DNA of 32,000 nucleotides from Nitrosospira multiformis ATCC 25196 (GTDB lineage Bacteria > Pseudomonadota > Gammaproteobacteria > Burkholderiales > Nitrosomonadaceae): positions 690,001 through 722,000 of the forward strand of contig NC_007614.1 of assembly GCF_000196355.1 (NCBI RefSeq), read 5' to 3'. Of this stretch, positions 10,464-19,361 are shown one piece after another. Both the position numbers and the translations under genes were made by a program. The first letter of the stretch is position 1. The number at the start of each line of letters is the position of its first letter. The notes below the pieces were generated by a model. That model searched no databases and had not been told where the DNA came from. It saw only the letters and a list, made by a program, of their open reading frames with translations.

Positions 10464-11831
10464 TTAGAACGCCATCCAGCCGTTCAGATATACCGTATCG
10501 TTACCAGGCGCATTGCGGGAGAAGCCGTCATAATTGCGAAAACCTCCGTTGAACTGGAAGTAATGAATGTACTGCGCCGTAAGTTTGAGATTCGCAAACG
10601 TAGACAGGACGGAAGTACTCTTGCCGAATGGGATATAGCTCACCTCAACCGTAAATGCCTGACTATTTGGCTTGCCTGATAAACTGCCATCAATAGGATC
10701 GGGAGAGTATATGACATTATCCCGTGTGCCCGAGGTCTGGGCATACGCTAGATTGAGCGAATAAGTCTGGAGGAAAGTATATCCGCTTCTGACGCGAACC
10801 ACGTCCAGGCTTCCATGTCTTTTTTCTGCAAATCCCAATCCCACGCTGGCATTCAGGTCGCGGTGCTCCCGGATGTAAGTGGCATTGAGTTCAAGGATAT
10901 GCCTGGGATTCGCCAGATATTGGTAGGTGGCGTCAAACCCGAAATCGGTGTACTGGTCGGTACTCGCACCTTGAATCCGCTGTGGATTGGCATTTGCTCT
11001 CATGCCGAAGGAGCCGATGGCACCGTAATGGCCTTGCCAGTTGTTTTGTAGCGCCACCCGCCCGTAAGGCGCACCGCCATCGATCCGGTTTTGTCCCGCG
11101 TCAAACGTTCCAATCCCTTGCTGAATGTTCCGCGGAAGGCTGGTGTAGCCCCCTCCCTCAACGTATAACATATCATTCCACATCGTATAGACCGTTGCAC
11201 CGACGACTTGGCTGCCAAGAGACTCAATGAATAGTCCCGCAGCAGGGGTGGGGGCAAGTGGGGATGACGCCCAAGGGAAACCCCAGGCAGGAGTGGTGTT
11301 CCAGAGATCCTGAACGGTAGGGTTATTATTCACAGAAATGCCATAAACGAGGCGATTACCGGCCAGGTCGGCCCCATTGGCAAAACGAATATCGGTGTTA
11401 TCGAGCGCTCCCGTATTGCTTACGCCATCATAGGTCCCCTGCGCGAAAGCGCCGATTTTGGACGTAATGCGGCCAGCATAAAAAATCGAGGCTTCGTCGA
11501 TAGTTGCGTTATTGTTGGGGCCGAAGCGGTCAGCCGCGCCGCCAAGCTGGCCGTTATTGGTATGGGTAAACGAGCCGCGTATCATGCCAGTGATCGGGAT
11601 GAATTTGGTTCTATCGGGGTTCACATCGGTGTAACCGGATAGCTTGAAATTGCGTCCGATAGACGTAAGGAGCGGTCCAAAAGCCTGCACATGGCAGGTG
11701 CTGCACGGCATGCCGGTCTGGCGCGCAAAGCTGGGCACCGCTTTGACTTCGGCGCTTGATAGCGTAAGGAGCATTCCCGCCAGGATAAGAACGGGAGAGA
11801 TAACGCTTCTGGAGATGAGCATTTCCCGCAT
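10464..11831 (-). CDS. Outer-membrane beta-barrel protein with one N-terminal c-type haem motif (porin-cytochrome-like)
   Basis: Signal peptide, then FARQTGMPCSTCHVQAFGPLLTSIGRNFKLSGY (one CxxCH), followed by amphipathic strands. Ends in ...YLNGWMAF, with the C-terminal aromatic residue typical of outer-membrane proteins. Confidence 0.75.
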   Translation of the reverse strand: MREMLISRSVISPVLILAGMLLTLSSAEVKAVPSFARQTGMPCSTCHVQAFGPLLTSIGRNFKLSGYTDVNPDRTKFIPITGMIRGSFTHTNNGQLGGAADRFGPNNNATIDEASIFYAGRITSKIGAFAQGTYDGVSNTGALDNTDIRFANGADLAGNRLVYGISVNNNPTVQDLWNTTPAWGFPWASSPLAPTPAAGLFIESLGSQVVGATVYTMWNDMLYVEGGGYTSLPRNIQQGIGTFDAGQNRIDGGAPYGRVALQNNWQGHYGAIGSFGMRANANPQRIQGASTDQYTDFGFDATYQYLANPRHILELNATYIREHRDLNASVGLGFAEKRHGSLDVVRVRSGYTFLQTYSLNLAYAQTSGTRDNVIYSPDPIDGSLSGKPNSQAFTVEVSYIPFGKSTSVLSTFANLKLTAQYIHYFQFNGGFRNYDGFSRNAPGNDTVYLNGWMAF

Positions 11832-12308
11832 CTGGCGGTTCCAGCGCTAAATACTCGAGTGGACTATAGGACTAAAGCATAGTAAATGTTGAGAAAATGT
11901 CCAGTTGAATGCACTGAAATTGTGAAGCTTAACCGCATCCACCAGTGGGATGCGTGGCACGTCAAAAACGCGCAAGAAGGATGTCGGTGATGCCCAATGG
12001 TTGGCAATGCTGGCGTGTGTTGGTCTGCTGCGTGGAAAAAGTGAGCGAAAAGCTTTGGAGAGGGGTGCAGGTATTGGGCCAGGAATCGGAACGCTGTATT
12101 CAAGCCGAGCCCACCAGCAAACAGGGAGAAGAAATTAGGCTGGCTTGGCTGATGTAGAGTACCGGGAATTGGCCTTCGGTTGCAATTTAGGTGTAATCGC
12201 GGCAGGCAGGGCGCCAAAATTCCCTGCTTAATGCAATCCACGATACTAAAATTTCCAATAAGAGATATCCATCTATCCACAGCGCAGCGAACCATTGGGG
12301 AGGTGCAC

Positions 12309-12911
12309 ATGAACACACATTCTGATTCAGCGGCGCAGACAGACCCTCGCCGGTCTTATTTGACCTTCCAGGATATTCTGGAAACGGTGAGCCACGAACC
12401 AGGGCAAGGCCATTTGCTTGAGCAAATCGAAAAAATTGTAAGGGTCCAGCAGCGGGAACGCTTATATGGCATTCTGTCGCAAATCTCGGAAGACCAACTC
12501 CTGCCTGTACAGGTCTTGCTCGAGCGCGACCTGCCGCAGAGGGGAAAATGCAATTCGGCCTATAACCGCTTTCGTATTCCATCCTGGAAAAGATACGACG
12601 ACATCTATTGGCAATCGCTAATCGACTATACGATCCTTGCGCTTCGCACATTCAAGGAAATCGACTTCTGCGCGATTCGCGGGAAGCTCGTGCTGCATTA
12701 TTTTGATATTCCCGGTGGGACGTCCCGAGTTCAAGATGTCATCCGAAGACTGGTCTGGCTGATCGATAATGACCATTTGTCCGTCGACTTTACGCGATCC
12801 CGTTGGATGGAAAGCTGGAGTCATACTGTGGCAAGCATGAGCCGTGAGGAAATATTCACGGCTGCCAGCATCGTCGAGGTCGCCCCTAAATTGTTGCTGA
12901 GTGGAGAATAG
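12309..12911 (+). CDS. Hypothetical protein
   Basis: Intact ORF. ATG 12309 follows AGGTGC spacing and the stop lies just upstream of the MaoC-like gene. No family recognised by eye. Confidence 0.6.
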   Translation: MNTHSDSAAQTDPRRSYLTFQDILETVSHEPGQGHLLEQIEKIVRVQQRERLYGILSQISEDQLLPVQVLLERDLPQRGKCNSAYNRFRIPSWKRYDDIYWQSLIDYTILALRTFKEIDFCAIRGKLVLHYFDIPGGTSRVQDVIRRLVWLIDNDHLSVDFTRSRWMESWSHTVASMSREEIFTAASIVEVAPKLLLSGE

Positions 12912-12943
12912 TATTGAATAAGCTAGAAAATGAGGCGACAGCA

Positions 12944-13417
12944 ATGCCCCTTCCCCGGGATGCACCACCTGCCCGTTATCTGGACGATATGAAAGTAGGG
13001 TTGCGCTTCGCTGGAGATCCACGTGTCGTGCAGGAACAAGAAATCATTGCTTTTGCCAGGCAATTCGATCCCCAACCCTTTCATATTGACGCCGCCCTGG
13101 CTAGTCAAACTTTATTTGGCGGCCTGATCGCCAGTGGCTGGCACACGGCAGCCATGACGATGCGGTTGCTGCTTGAAGCCTTCCCTATAGGGGATGGCAC
13201 GATCGGACTTGGTGGCGAAGCGGCTTGGCCCAATCCGGTGCGTGCCAATGATGCCATTCACATCGAAGGGGAAGTCAGCGCCGTCAAACCTTCACGGTCG
13301 CATGATGATCGCGGCATTGTCACGGTCCGCACTGAAACCAAAAACCAGAATGGTGACGTCGTACAAACCTTGACAGCCAATCTTCTTGTTTTTCGCCGCA
13401 AAAGTAAATCCGCATAA
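12944..13417 (+). CDS. MaoC-like dehydratase / acyl dehydratase
   Basis: GLRFAGDPRVVQEQEIIAFARQFDPQPFHID..ASGWHTAAMTMRLL matches the MaoC hot-dog signature. The track ORF begins at TTG 12914 and ATG 12944 is equally plausible. Confidence 0.88.
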   Translation: MPLPRDAPPARYLDDMKVGLRFAGDPRVVQEQEIIAFARQFDPQPFHIDAALASQTLFGGLIASGWHTAAMTMRLLLEAFPIGDGTIGLGGEAAWPNPVRANDAIHIEGEVSAVKPSRSHDDRGIVTVRTETKNQNGDVVQTLTANLLVFRRKSKSA

Positions 13418-13635
13418 AGTAACCCCTGACCCCCTTCCGTTATCTCCGGCTCAATTAGCATACCTGATTTGATTACACTCAGAAACTAGGCTCAGGACTC
13501 ATTAATTTCATGATTCACGAATAGAATCAGATGTGATTGACAATCCCGAGCTGAGCGAGAAGGAAGGAAATGCTCAGTGGGGTTTTCTTAGGGCATTTCT
13601 CGAACTCATCTATATTTATGAATACAGCTGACTAG

Positions 13636-14450
13636 GGCCTGTTCACAGTAGTTGATTTGTGTTTACATCCGGAATTTGGATGTGGGTCATGGATCGGGAC
13701 ATGTTGAGCGATGCGCAGTGGGCTCGTATTTCGGGACTATTGCCGGGCAAGCCAACCGACAAGGGAGGGCGAGCGGCGGATAACCGGTTGTTCGTTGAGG
13801 CGGTGCTATACACGGCGCGGGTTGGAAACCCCTGGCGCGACCTGCCGCCGAAGTTTGGGAACTGGCATTCGGTGTATGTGCGCTTCGCGCGCTGGGAAGC
13901 CAACGGCGTGTGGTCGCGTGTTGCCGAAGCGCTCCAGGGCGAGGCCGATCTGGAAGAGCTATTCATCGACTCAACCGTCGTGCGTGCGCACCAGCACTCG
14001 GCTGGCGCGTCAAAAAAAACGGTAGCGATCAGGCGATCGGCCGCTCGCGTGGTGGGCTGACTACCAAGATCCATGCATGCGTGGATGCCTTGGGCAATCC
14101 ATTGCGCCTGATCCTCACCGGTGGCCAAGTAGCCGACATTACACAAGGGCCCGCACTGATCAATTCCATCAAGACTGATGCAGTTGTCGCCGACAAGGGA
14201 TACGACAGCCACGTGTTCGTCGCAGTGATCACCGAGACGGGGGCTGAGGCCGTCATCCCGTCTCGGAGCAACCGATGCGCCTCGCGCGAGTTCGATCGGG
14301 AGCGGTACAAAGCGCGTAACCTGGTGGAGCGATTCTTCAATCGGCTCAAACAATTTCGTCGCCTCGCGACCCGCTACGACAAACTCGCCAACCGCTTCAA
14401 TGCTTTCTTGCATCTGGCTTGCGCCTACATCTGGCTACTGTGAACACGCT
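13636..14450 (+). mobile_element. IS5-family (IS427-like) insertion sequence, about 815 bp
   Basis: Terminal inverted repeats GGCCTGTTCACAGTAG (left) and AGCGTGTTCACAGTAG (reverse complement of right), flanked by CTAG at 13632-13635 and 14451-14454. Encodes an orfA/orfB transposase. Confidence 0.88.
13659..14443 (+). CDS. IS5-family transposase, two overlapping ORFs likely joined by a -1 frameshift
   Basis: ORF 13659-14060 (DAQWARISGLLPG..NPWRDLPPKFGNWHSVYVRFARW) and ORF 13910-14443 (GRSRGGLTTKIHA..VADKGYDSHVF..RYKARNLVERFFNRLKQFRRLATRYDK) overlap. There is an A8 tract at 14012-14019. Confidence 0.87.
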
Positions 14451-14601
14451 CTAGCCCCTATGCTTTACGGATGCGAAAAACTACCGGCTTGTCTCCAGGA
14501 AGATCCGGGAGAACAAATGACAGCCCTCTTTTGATTATGGATATGTCACGAGCAGCTGACAAGCAAACAACGTGATGCCCTGAAGATCAACCATGCGTGG
14601 C

Positions 14602-14883
14602 TCAGTCGCCATCCTCATTCTCCTGCGCAAGTTGCGACTTGAGATGATAGGCATCGATGTCAAAGTCTCTGCTGTCCGAGACCGCGGCCAGTACTAGGGG
14701 TGTAACGCGCTCCCGCTCCTCCTCGGTCTCGAAGTTTGTGAAGTTGGCCGCAGCTGCCTCGGCGAACAGTTTCTCCGACAGCCGCTTTGCCTTTACTTCA
14801 TAACTCTCTATGTCGGAATTGGCGCCGGGAGGGATGTTTTCCTCGATCCATGTCTTGGCCCACCTCAGGAAGCGATTGCTCAT
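14602..14883 (-). CDS. Small DUF768-like protein
   Basis: MSNRFLRWAKTWIEENIPP..SYEVKAKRLSEKLFAEAAAANF resembles the DUF768 pattern from memory. The ORF extends to 14931, but M at 14883 looks like the natural start. Confidence 0.5.
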   Translation of the reverse strand: MSNRFLRWAKTWIEENIPPGANSDIESYEVKAKRLSEKLFAEAAAANFTNFETEEERERVTPLVLAAVSDSRDFDIDAYHLKSQLAQENEDGD

Positions 14884-15110
14884 GACTGCCCCCCATCTTC
14901 TGTGTTGAGTTCGGCGCCCGTCGCCCCTCATGGGAGCATTTTACTCATGATAAAATAGGTTATCAACTGTAAAAATCCACGTAAACTCGTCCTCATTTCT
15001 ATCTTAAGTGAGTTCTTGCTGGGAAAACACGGATATTAGCTTGAGGAGGAAGGTTAATCATGCCTGATGGAAGTAAGCCTCAATAAGCGCTTAATTTTTT
15101 CGGGTACTTT

Positions 15111-15600
15111 ATGAGATTCTTTCTTTTTTATGAAGGATTTGTTTTACCTGTCGGAAACACAGTTCAACCGTATAAAGCCATATTTTCCCTTGTCTCACGG
15201 GTTCCCCGGGTTGATGATCTGCGGGATCATCTACGTGATCCGCAATGGCCTGCAATGGAAAGATGCGCCCAGGGAATACGGGCCGCACAAGACACTGTAT
15301 AACCGTTCGTGCGCTGGAGCCGACTGGGCGTGTTCAACCGCATCTTTGCGGAACTGCCTGGTAAAGAGGAAACGTCCGACCGCTGGTAATCGATTCCACG
15401 CCTCTTAGGGCCCACCCACGGTAGCCAGCCTGCTAAAAGAGGGGATGTTCCCCGCCCGGTCGCACGAAGGGCGGCCTGAACTCGAAGCTTTATGTGGTCT
15501 GCCACGCTAGGGGAAGCCTGTGGCCATGCTCCTGTCGAGGCGCAGATGAGCGATTACAAGGGAGCACGTGTGCTGCTGCCGTCATCTTCTATCTCAATTA
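15111..15600 (+). pseudogene. Degenerate IS5-family transposase remnant
   Basis: Fragments in different frames include FYLSETQFNRIKPYFPLSHG, RVPRVDDLRDH, GIIYVIRNGLQWKDAPREYGPHKTLYNR and RTKGGLNSKLYVVCHARGKPVAMLLSRR. The last is followed by MSDYKGARVLLPS. The C-terminal third is missing. Confidence 0.85.
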
Positions 15601-15619
15601 ATGAGTCCTTAACCTAGAT

Positions 15620-15916
15620 TCAGTCGGGATCAACAAAACCGCCTTGACCTACCCGACCGCCCTCAGGCGGCTGGCCACCTTTATAATTCTCGGTCTTCAT
15701 CAGCTCTTGCTTTGATTTCTTCTTTTCCTTTTTTTTTGCTTCGTTTGTTGCATCACTCTTATTCGAAAGCTTTTCTTCGGTTACTACCGGTTTTGGCGTA
15801 TTTTCACCGTTAATATTTTGCGACTGGGCATTTACCATACTTATGGAGCCCAGAAGCAGGGTGTTAAAAACAATTGCTTGAAGCTTTTTACTTCCAAAGG
15901 AAAAGAGATGGTTCAT
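15620..15916 (-). CDS. Small predicted secreted protein
   Basis: Signal-peptide-like N-terminus (IVFNTLLLGSISMVNAQ), Lys-rich middle and Gly-rich tail YKGGQPPEGGRVGQGGFVDPD. No recognised domain. Confidence 0.5.
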   Translation of the reverse strand: MNHLFSFGSKKLQAIVFNTLLLGSISMVNAQSQNINGENTPKPVVTEEKLSNKSDATNEAKKKEKKKSKQELMKTENYKGGQPPEGGRVGQGGFVDPD

Positions 15917-16087
15917 GGCGGCTCCTTTATTTAACTTTTAACTCACTTCATTCAGATGCATTTCTACTATGGATTACGAATTTGCGACGAAGGGACCGAC
16001 TTGAGTTTGCCGGGTGAATCCACTCCGCCCCCTTCATGAGTAATGCATTAAGGACTGATCCAGTGTGATTCAAAGAATCTCTGGCGA

Positions 16088-17563
16088 TCAAGGCTGGCCG
16101 GCTCCGGGCAGATTGAGGAACTCGCGCCGCGTCTTTGGTCCGTAGGTGAGGAAATGCGGCTGCGGGTGTTCGAGGTAAGCAAGCCGTTCGTGTGCAATGC
16201 GGTCGCGCCCGGTATATTTTTTTACTTCCTCCAGGCTGATCGAATAAACCCTGGCAGCATTGAGACCAAAAATCTTCGCCCGGAGCTGTGGAGTAATTTC
16301 CGGGTAGTCGTACCTTGCGCGTAATTCAGAGGCGATCTGAAAGGCGCGAAACGCCTGGATCTGGTCTTGCGGCGAGCCATACCAGATAGAATCCGTCCCC
16401 CACAGGACATTATCCTCCCCGCAATACTTCAGTAGCTTCCCCAACACGTGCGCTGCGGCTTCAGGGTTGCGCATCAGATATCGCCAGGTACTGCCGAGTT
16501 CGGCGTAAACATTCCTGTTGGGAGGAACATCATTGTCGATGAGTGAGCGGATCAAGGTATCAACGCCCTCATCTGCGCCCTGTCCCTGGAAGGGGCCCTC
16601 GGGGACACTTGTTACGAAGCCTGAGTGGTAGACCAGAAATGCAACATCAGGAAATCTTTTGGCTGCCACGCCGATGTCGGTACATTTGCTGTGCTCGTAG
16701 GATTGCCTGCCGAAGGGCAGGCCCTTGTGCACGCAGATTACTTTCACCCCGAGACTGCGCGCCTTCTCGATAAAGCGCGTTCCAGTTTCATCCGACAGAA
16801 AGTAGCCTTTTCCTTCGGGCCCGAATTGCGTGTAAGTCTTCCAGGCGGATACGCCCCAGCGGTCCTTCAACTCATCCATCCGCTCCAGGTCACCTTGCTG
16901 ATTGGGGTTGACACGTCCGTGCAGCAGCACGCGGTGTGTTCCTTCCATTCTGTCGACGATCCTGCGCACTGCATCCGCCTCCTGGATGGTAAGCGGCTCC
17001 GCATCGGGCCGCGATGGTACGAAAGAGAGCACCATCATATCCGTATCCGAGTCAAGGAACACGTCCTTGATGAACTCATCCGGTCCGAGGCACTGTAAAT
17101 AGCTATGTGAACCTGATTCCAATCCAAGGGCGCATTCGGTCTTGGGCATTTGGCTCAAAGGTTTTGCACCGGGAACAAGCTTTTGCAGCCACGCGCCTTT
17201 CGGGTTCACAAAGTGGCCTTGCACGTCAAAAATAAATTCGCCTTTATCGCCAATCTCCGCCTGGGCCAATGCAGGTTCGAGCGCGGCTTCCTTTGTCAGA
17301 TCGAAAAATCCGCCTGTCCTGCCTGCGGCCGCATTCGCGGCATTGAATGCAAGAAGGGTGGAAGCGGCATCGCAAGCGGAAATGAGAAAATGCCGCCGTG
17401 AAACTCCTGTGCGTTTTGCGTTTGTATCAGCCGCTTCGTGGGCGAGACGATTCGCGGCAAGATTTGCAGGCGATAACGGGACCGGCGCGAATTCTCCGTT
17501 GGAGGTCGTGTCGAGCTTGATCGGCAGGCGATTACCGTCGGGATCGAGCTGAACTGGGTTCAT
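16088..17563 (-). CDS. Amidohydrolase-family (TIM-barrel) protein with a twin-arginine-like leader
   Basis: SRRHFLISACDAASTLLAFNAANAAAG leader, FDVQGHFVNP, VICVHKGLPFG, FLVYHSGF, NVYAELGSTWR and DNVLWGTDSIWYGSPQDQIQAFRAF. Confidence 0.88.
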   Translation of the reverse strand: MNPVQLDPDGNRLPIKLDTTSNGEFAPVPLSPANLAANRLAHEAADTNAKRTGVSRRHFLISACDAASTLLAFNAANAAAGRTGGFFDLTKEAALEPALAQAEIGDKGEFIFDVQGHFVNPKGAWLQKLVPGAKPLSQMPKTECALGLESGSHSYLQCLGPDEFIKDVFLDSDTDMMVLSFVPSRPDAEPLTIQEADAVRRIVDRMEGTHRVLLHGRVNPNQQGDLERMDELKDRWGVSAWKTYTQFGPEGKGYFLSDETGTRFIEKARSLGVKVICVHKGLPFGRQSYEHSKCTDIGVAAKRFPDVAFLVYHSGFVTSVPEGPFQGQGADEGVDTLIRSLIDNDVPPNRNVYAELGSTWRYLMRNPEAAAHVLGKLLKYCGEDNVLWGTDSIWYGSPQDQIQAFRAFQIASELRARYDYPEITPQLRAKIFGLNAARVYSISLEEVKKYTGRDRIAHERLAYLEHPQPHFLTYGPKTRREFLNLPGAGQP

Positions 17564-18053
17564 GGGGGGATGGATTCATGCGGACAGTTTCCCAAAAAGG
17601 AAAGTAAACATGGAATTTCACAAGTTGAGTCAGTCTGCCTCAACTTCAGGGTAGTACGTCAGATCGGATTTGGCAAAGAGATCCGCCCTCCCTTTCGTCG
17701 CCTCCCTTTCCGTGGTTGCGATCTGCGGTATCTTGATGGGGATATATTGTTGCTTCTTCAGGGTTTGATTTTCCCTTTGTTTCAGGTGCGATGCTATCGA
17801 GTTCATCGGATCAACCCAGCCAGTTGATCCCTCAATTCTCTTTTTCCGACAATTTTTCAATTGGATTCAGCAAGAACTTGCCTATGGGGCAGATGAACGG
17901 TTCTGCACGGGGGTATACGATTGACCCGGATAGCAGGCTACCGAGGTGGAGGTGCTCAAGCTCGCGGCAGCGATGAAGTTATTTCCGCGTGGATTGAGCA
18001 GATGAGTGAAGCGTAATCCGGGAGTCAGTGGGGTCAACTCTGGGAGAAGCCGA

Positions 18054-18080
18054 CAAAAAAAGCGGCACTGCCGCTTTTTT
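18054..18080. terminator. Strong rho-independent terminator, A/T-flanked on both sides
   Basis: The near-palindrome AAAAAAAGCGGCACTGCCGCTTTTTT lies just downstream of the predicted 6S RNA 3' end on the minus strand. Confidence 0.85.
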
Positions 18081-18093
18081 GCCTTTCCTGAAT

Positions 18094-18278
18094 AAAGTCC
18101 CCGCAAATGCCGTCAGGTCGTTTATCTTGAACCTTAAGGTTCAAGGTGGTCACTCGCCGGATGCATCAGGCACTTCCGCATGGGACGCGCACAACAGCAT
18201 CACTTTGGTTCGCAACCGGTTCTCAAAAAGTTGGTTCAAAGAATATAGACCTTGACAAACACCGCAGGGAACAACTCT
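18094..18278 (-). ncRNA. ssrS: 6S RNA, approximate ends
   Basis: On the minus strand, 5' TCCCTGCGGTGTTTGTC pairs with 3' GACGGCATTTGCGGGGA. The CCTTGAACC..AAGGTTCAAG hairpin region resembles E. coli CCUUGAACCAAGGGUUCAAGG. It lies directly downstream of zapA and ends at a terminator. Confidence 0.88.
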
Positions 18279-18353
18279 TATCACTTCCGCGGATATTCAG
18301 CTTAACCCGCAAATGCGACATCTGTTCAGTTGCTTCAAAGTTTGATTTCCTAT

Positions 18354-18668
18354 TTAAAACAGTTTGTCCTGCTCCGGCATGGCAGCATCGAGCATTGCCT
18401 GCATGTGATCGATTCTACGCCTAAATTCTTCCGTGTCAAAGCCTTCCTTGCTTCTTGCCTTGAGCAACTCATGGGTGATATTCAGGGCTGCCATGACAGT
18501 GATGCGCTCAGAGCCGAGTACTTTGCCGCTGTCCCTGATTTCGCGCATCTTCTTGTTGAGATAGGCTACCGCTTGCAGCAACCCCTCGCGATCTTCATCC
18601 GAGCAGCTCACCCTGAATTCACGCCCCATGATAGTGACATCCAGGGGCTTGCCTGTGCCTGTATTCAT
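18354..18668 (-). CDS. zapA: Cell division protein ZapA
   Basis: LDVTIMGREFRVSCSDEDREGLLQAVAYLNKKMREIRDSGKVLGSERITVMAALNITHELL is classic ZapA. The start was taken at MNTGTGKP rather than the longer track ORF. Confidence 0.94.
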   Translation of the reverse strand: MNTGTGKPLDVTIMGREFRVSCSDEDREGLLQAVAYLNKKMREIRDSGKVLGSERITVMAALNITHELLKARSKEGFDTEEFRRRIDHMQAMLDAAMPEQDKLF

Positions 18669-18868
18669 TCTTTGCTCTCGGGAATGCGCGACAAAAGAAC
18701 TTCGAGCTGTGAGGCAGCCGCACCTATTTTTTCCACCAATAGCCGGTTGTGGCTCGTAGTAACTGCCAGTTGCTGGCGCAACTGAATATTCTCCGTGCGC
18801 AGTTGCTGACACAAGCGTACGAATTGGGTGATTTTTTCTTCCAGAGTATCCAGTTCGGGTTCCATCAA
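18665..18868 (-). CDS. Small coiled-coil protein upstream of zapA (TIGR02449/ZapB-like)
   Basis: 67 aa heptad-rich sequence LEEKITQFVRLCQQLRTENIQLRQQLAVTTSHNRLLVEKI, overlapping the zapA start by 4 nt. Confidence 0.78.
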   Translation of the reverse strand: MMEPELDTLEEKITQFVRLCQQLRTENIQLRQQLAVTTSHNRLLVEKIGAAASQLEVLLSRIPESKE

Positions 18869-19029
18869 GGCACTATAGTTTGGAAATCCTCAGTCAGTCA
18901 ACTACTAACCTGGTCTTTCGAATATGGCTCCAGGAAAGGTGTGGAATATATGAGACAGCTCAGCTTCCGGCAAGGGTTTTCAATCATTTCGCATGATTTA
19001 TTCTACGGTTCTGGTAGAATGCCGCCTCG

Positions 19030-19240
19030 TTTGAGGTGCCTGATCGCTTCCGCGGTCGGGTTAAACGGGAACCAGGTCAGAGATCGATGAAGGTCTCCGG
19101 ATGCCTGGGCTGCCCCCGCAACGGTAAGCAGGCGTGGACGTATCAGGGAAGCTTCTCAAGGTTTCCTAATGCCACTGTGAATTCTTCAATTCATGGGAAG
19201 GCGATACGTCAAATCCTGCGAGCCCGGATACCGGCCTCGG
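19030..19240 (+). promoter_or_regulatory. Cobalamin (AdoCbl) riboswitch
   Basis: Ordered conserved blocks: GAGGTGCCTG, GGGAACCAGGTCA, CTGGGCTGCCCCCGCAACGGTAAG, CCACTG, GGGAAGGCGATAC and GCGAGCCCGGATACCGGC. Lies directly upstream of a BtuB-like gene. Confidence 0.94.
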
Positions 19241-19361
19241 ATGCGTACGGACATATCGCGTGGGGCGGTATCCGATCGATATTTCTTTCGTTCGAAGCTC
19301 CCACGATATTTTCCTGTTTCCTTGTTCTCACGGCGGGGATGCATATTCCCGGGCAATTATC

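Larger units (their letters stand above)
13490..15613. mobile_element. Putative IR-bounded unit containing a nested IS and a decayed IS5-family transposase
   Basis: The left end GCTCAGGACTCATTAATTT (13490-13508) matches the reverse complement of the right end, GTTAAGGACTCATTAATTG (15595-15613). CTAG lies immediately outside both ends (13486-13489 and 15614-15617). Confidence 0.5.

Noticed and set aside
10246-10467. 73-aa ORF between the CapA-like and porin-cytochrome genes
   Set aside because: It is short, overlaps the 3' end of the minus-strand gene and has no recognised features.
13643-14413. 256-aa minus-strand ORF across the IS element
   Set aside because: It is a shadow ORF of the transposase, which has clear IS5-family motifs on the plus strand.
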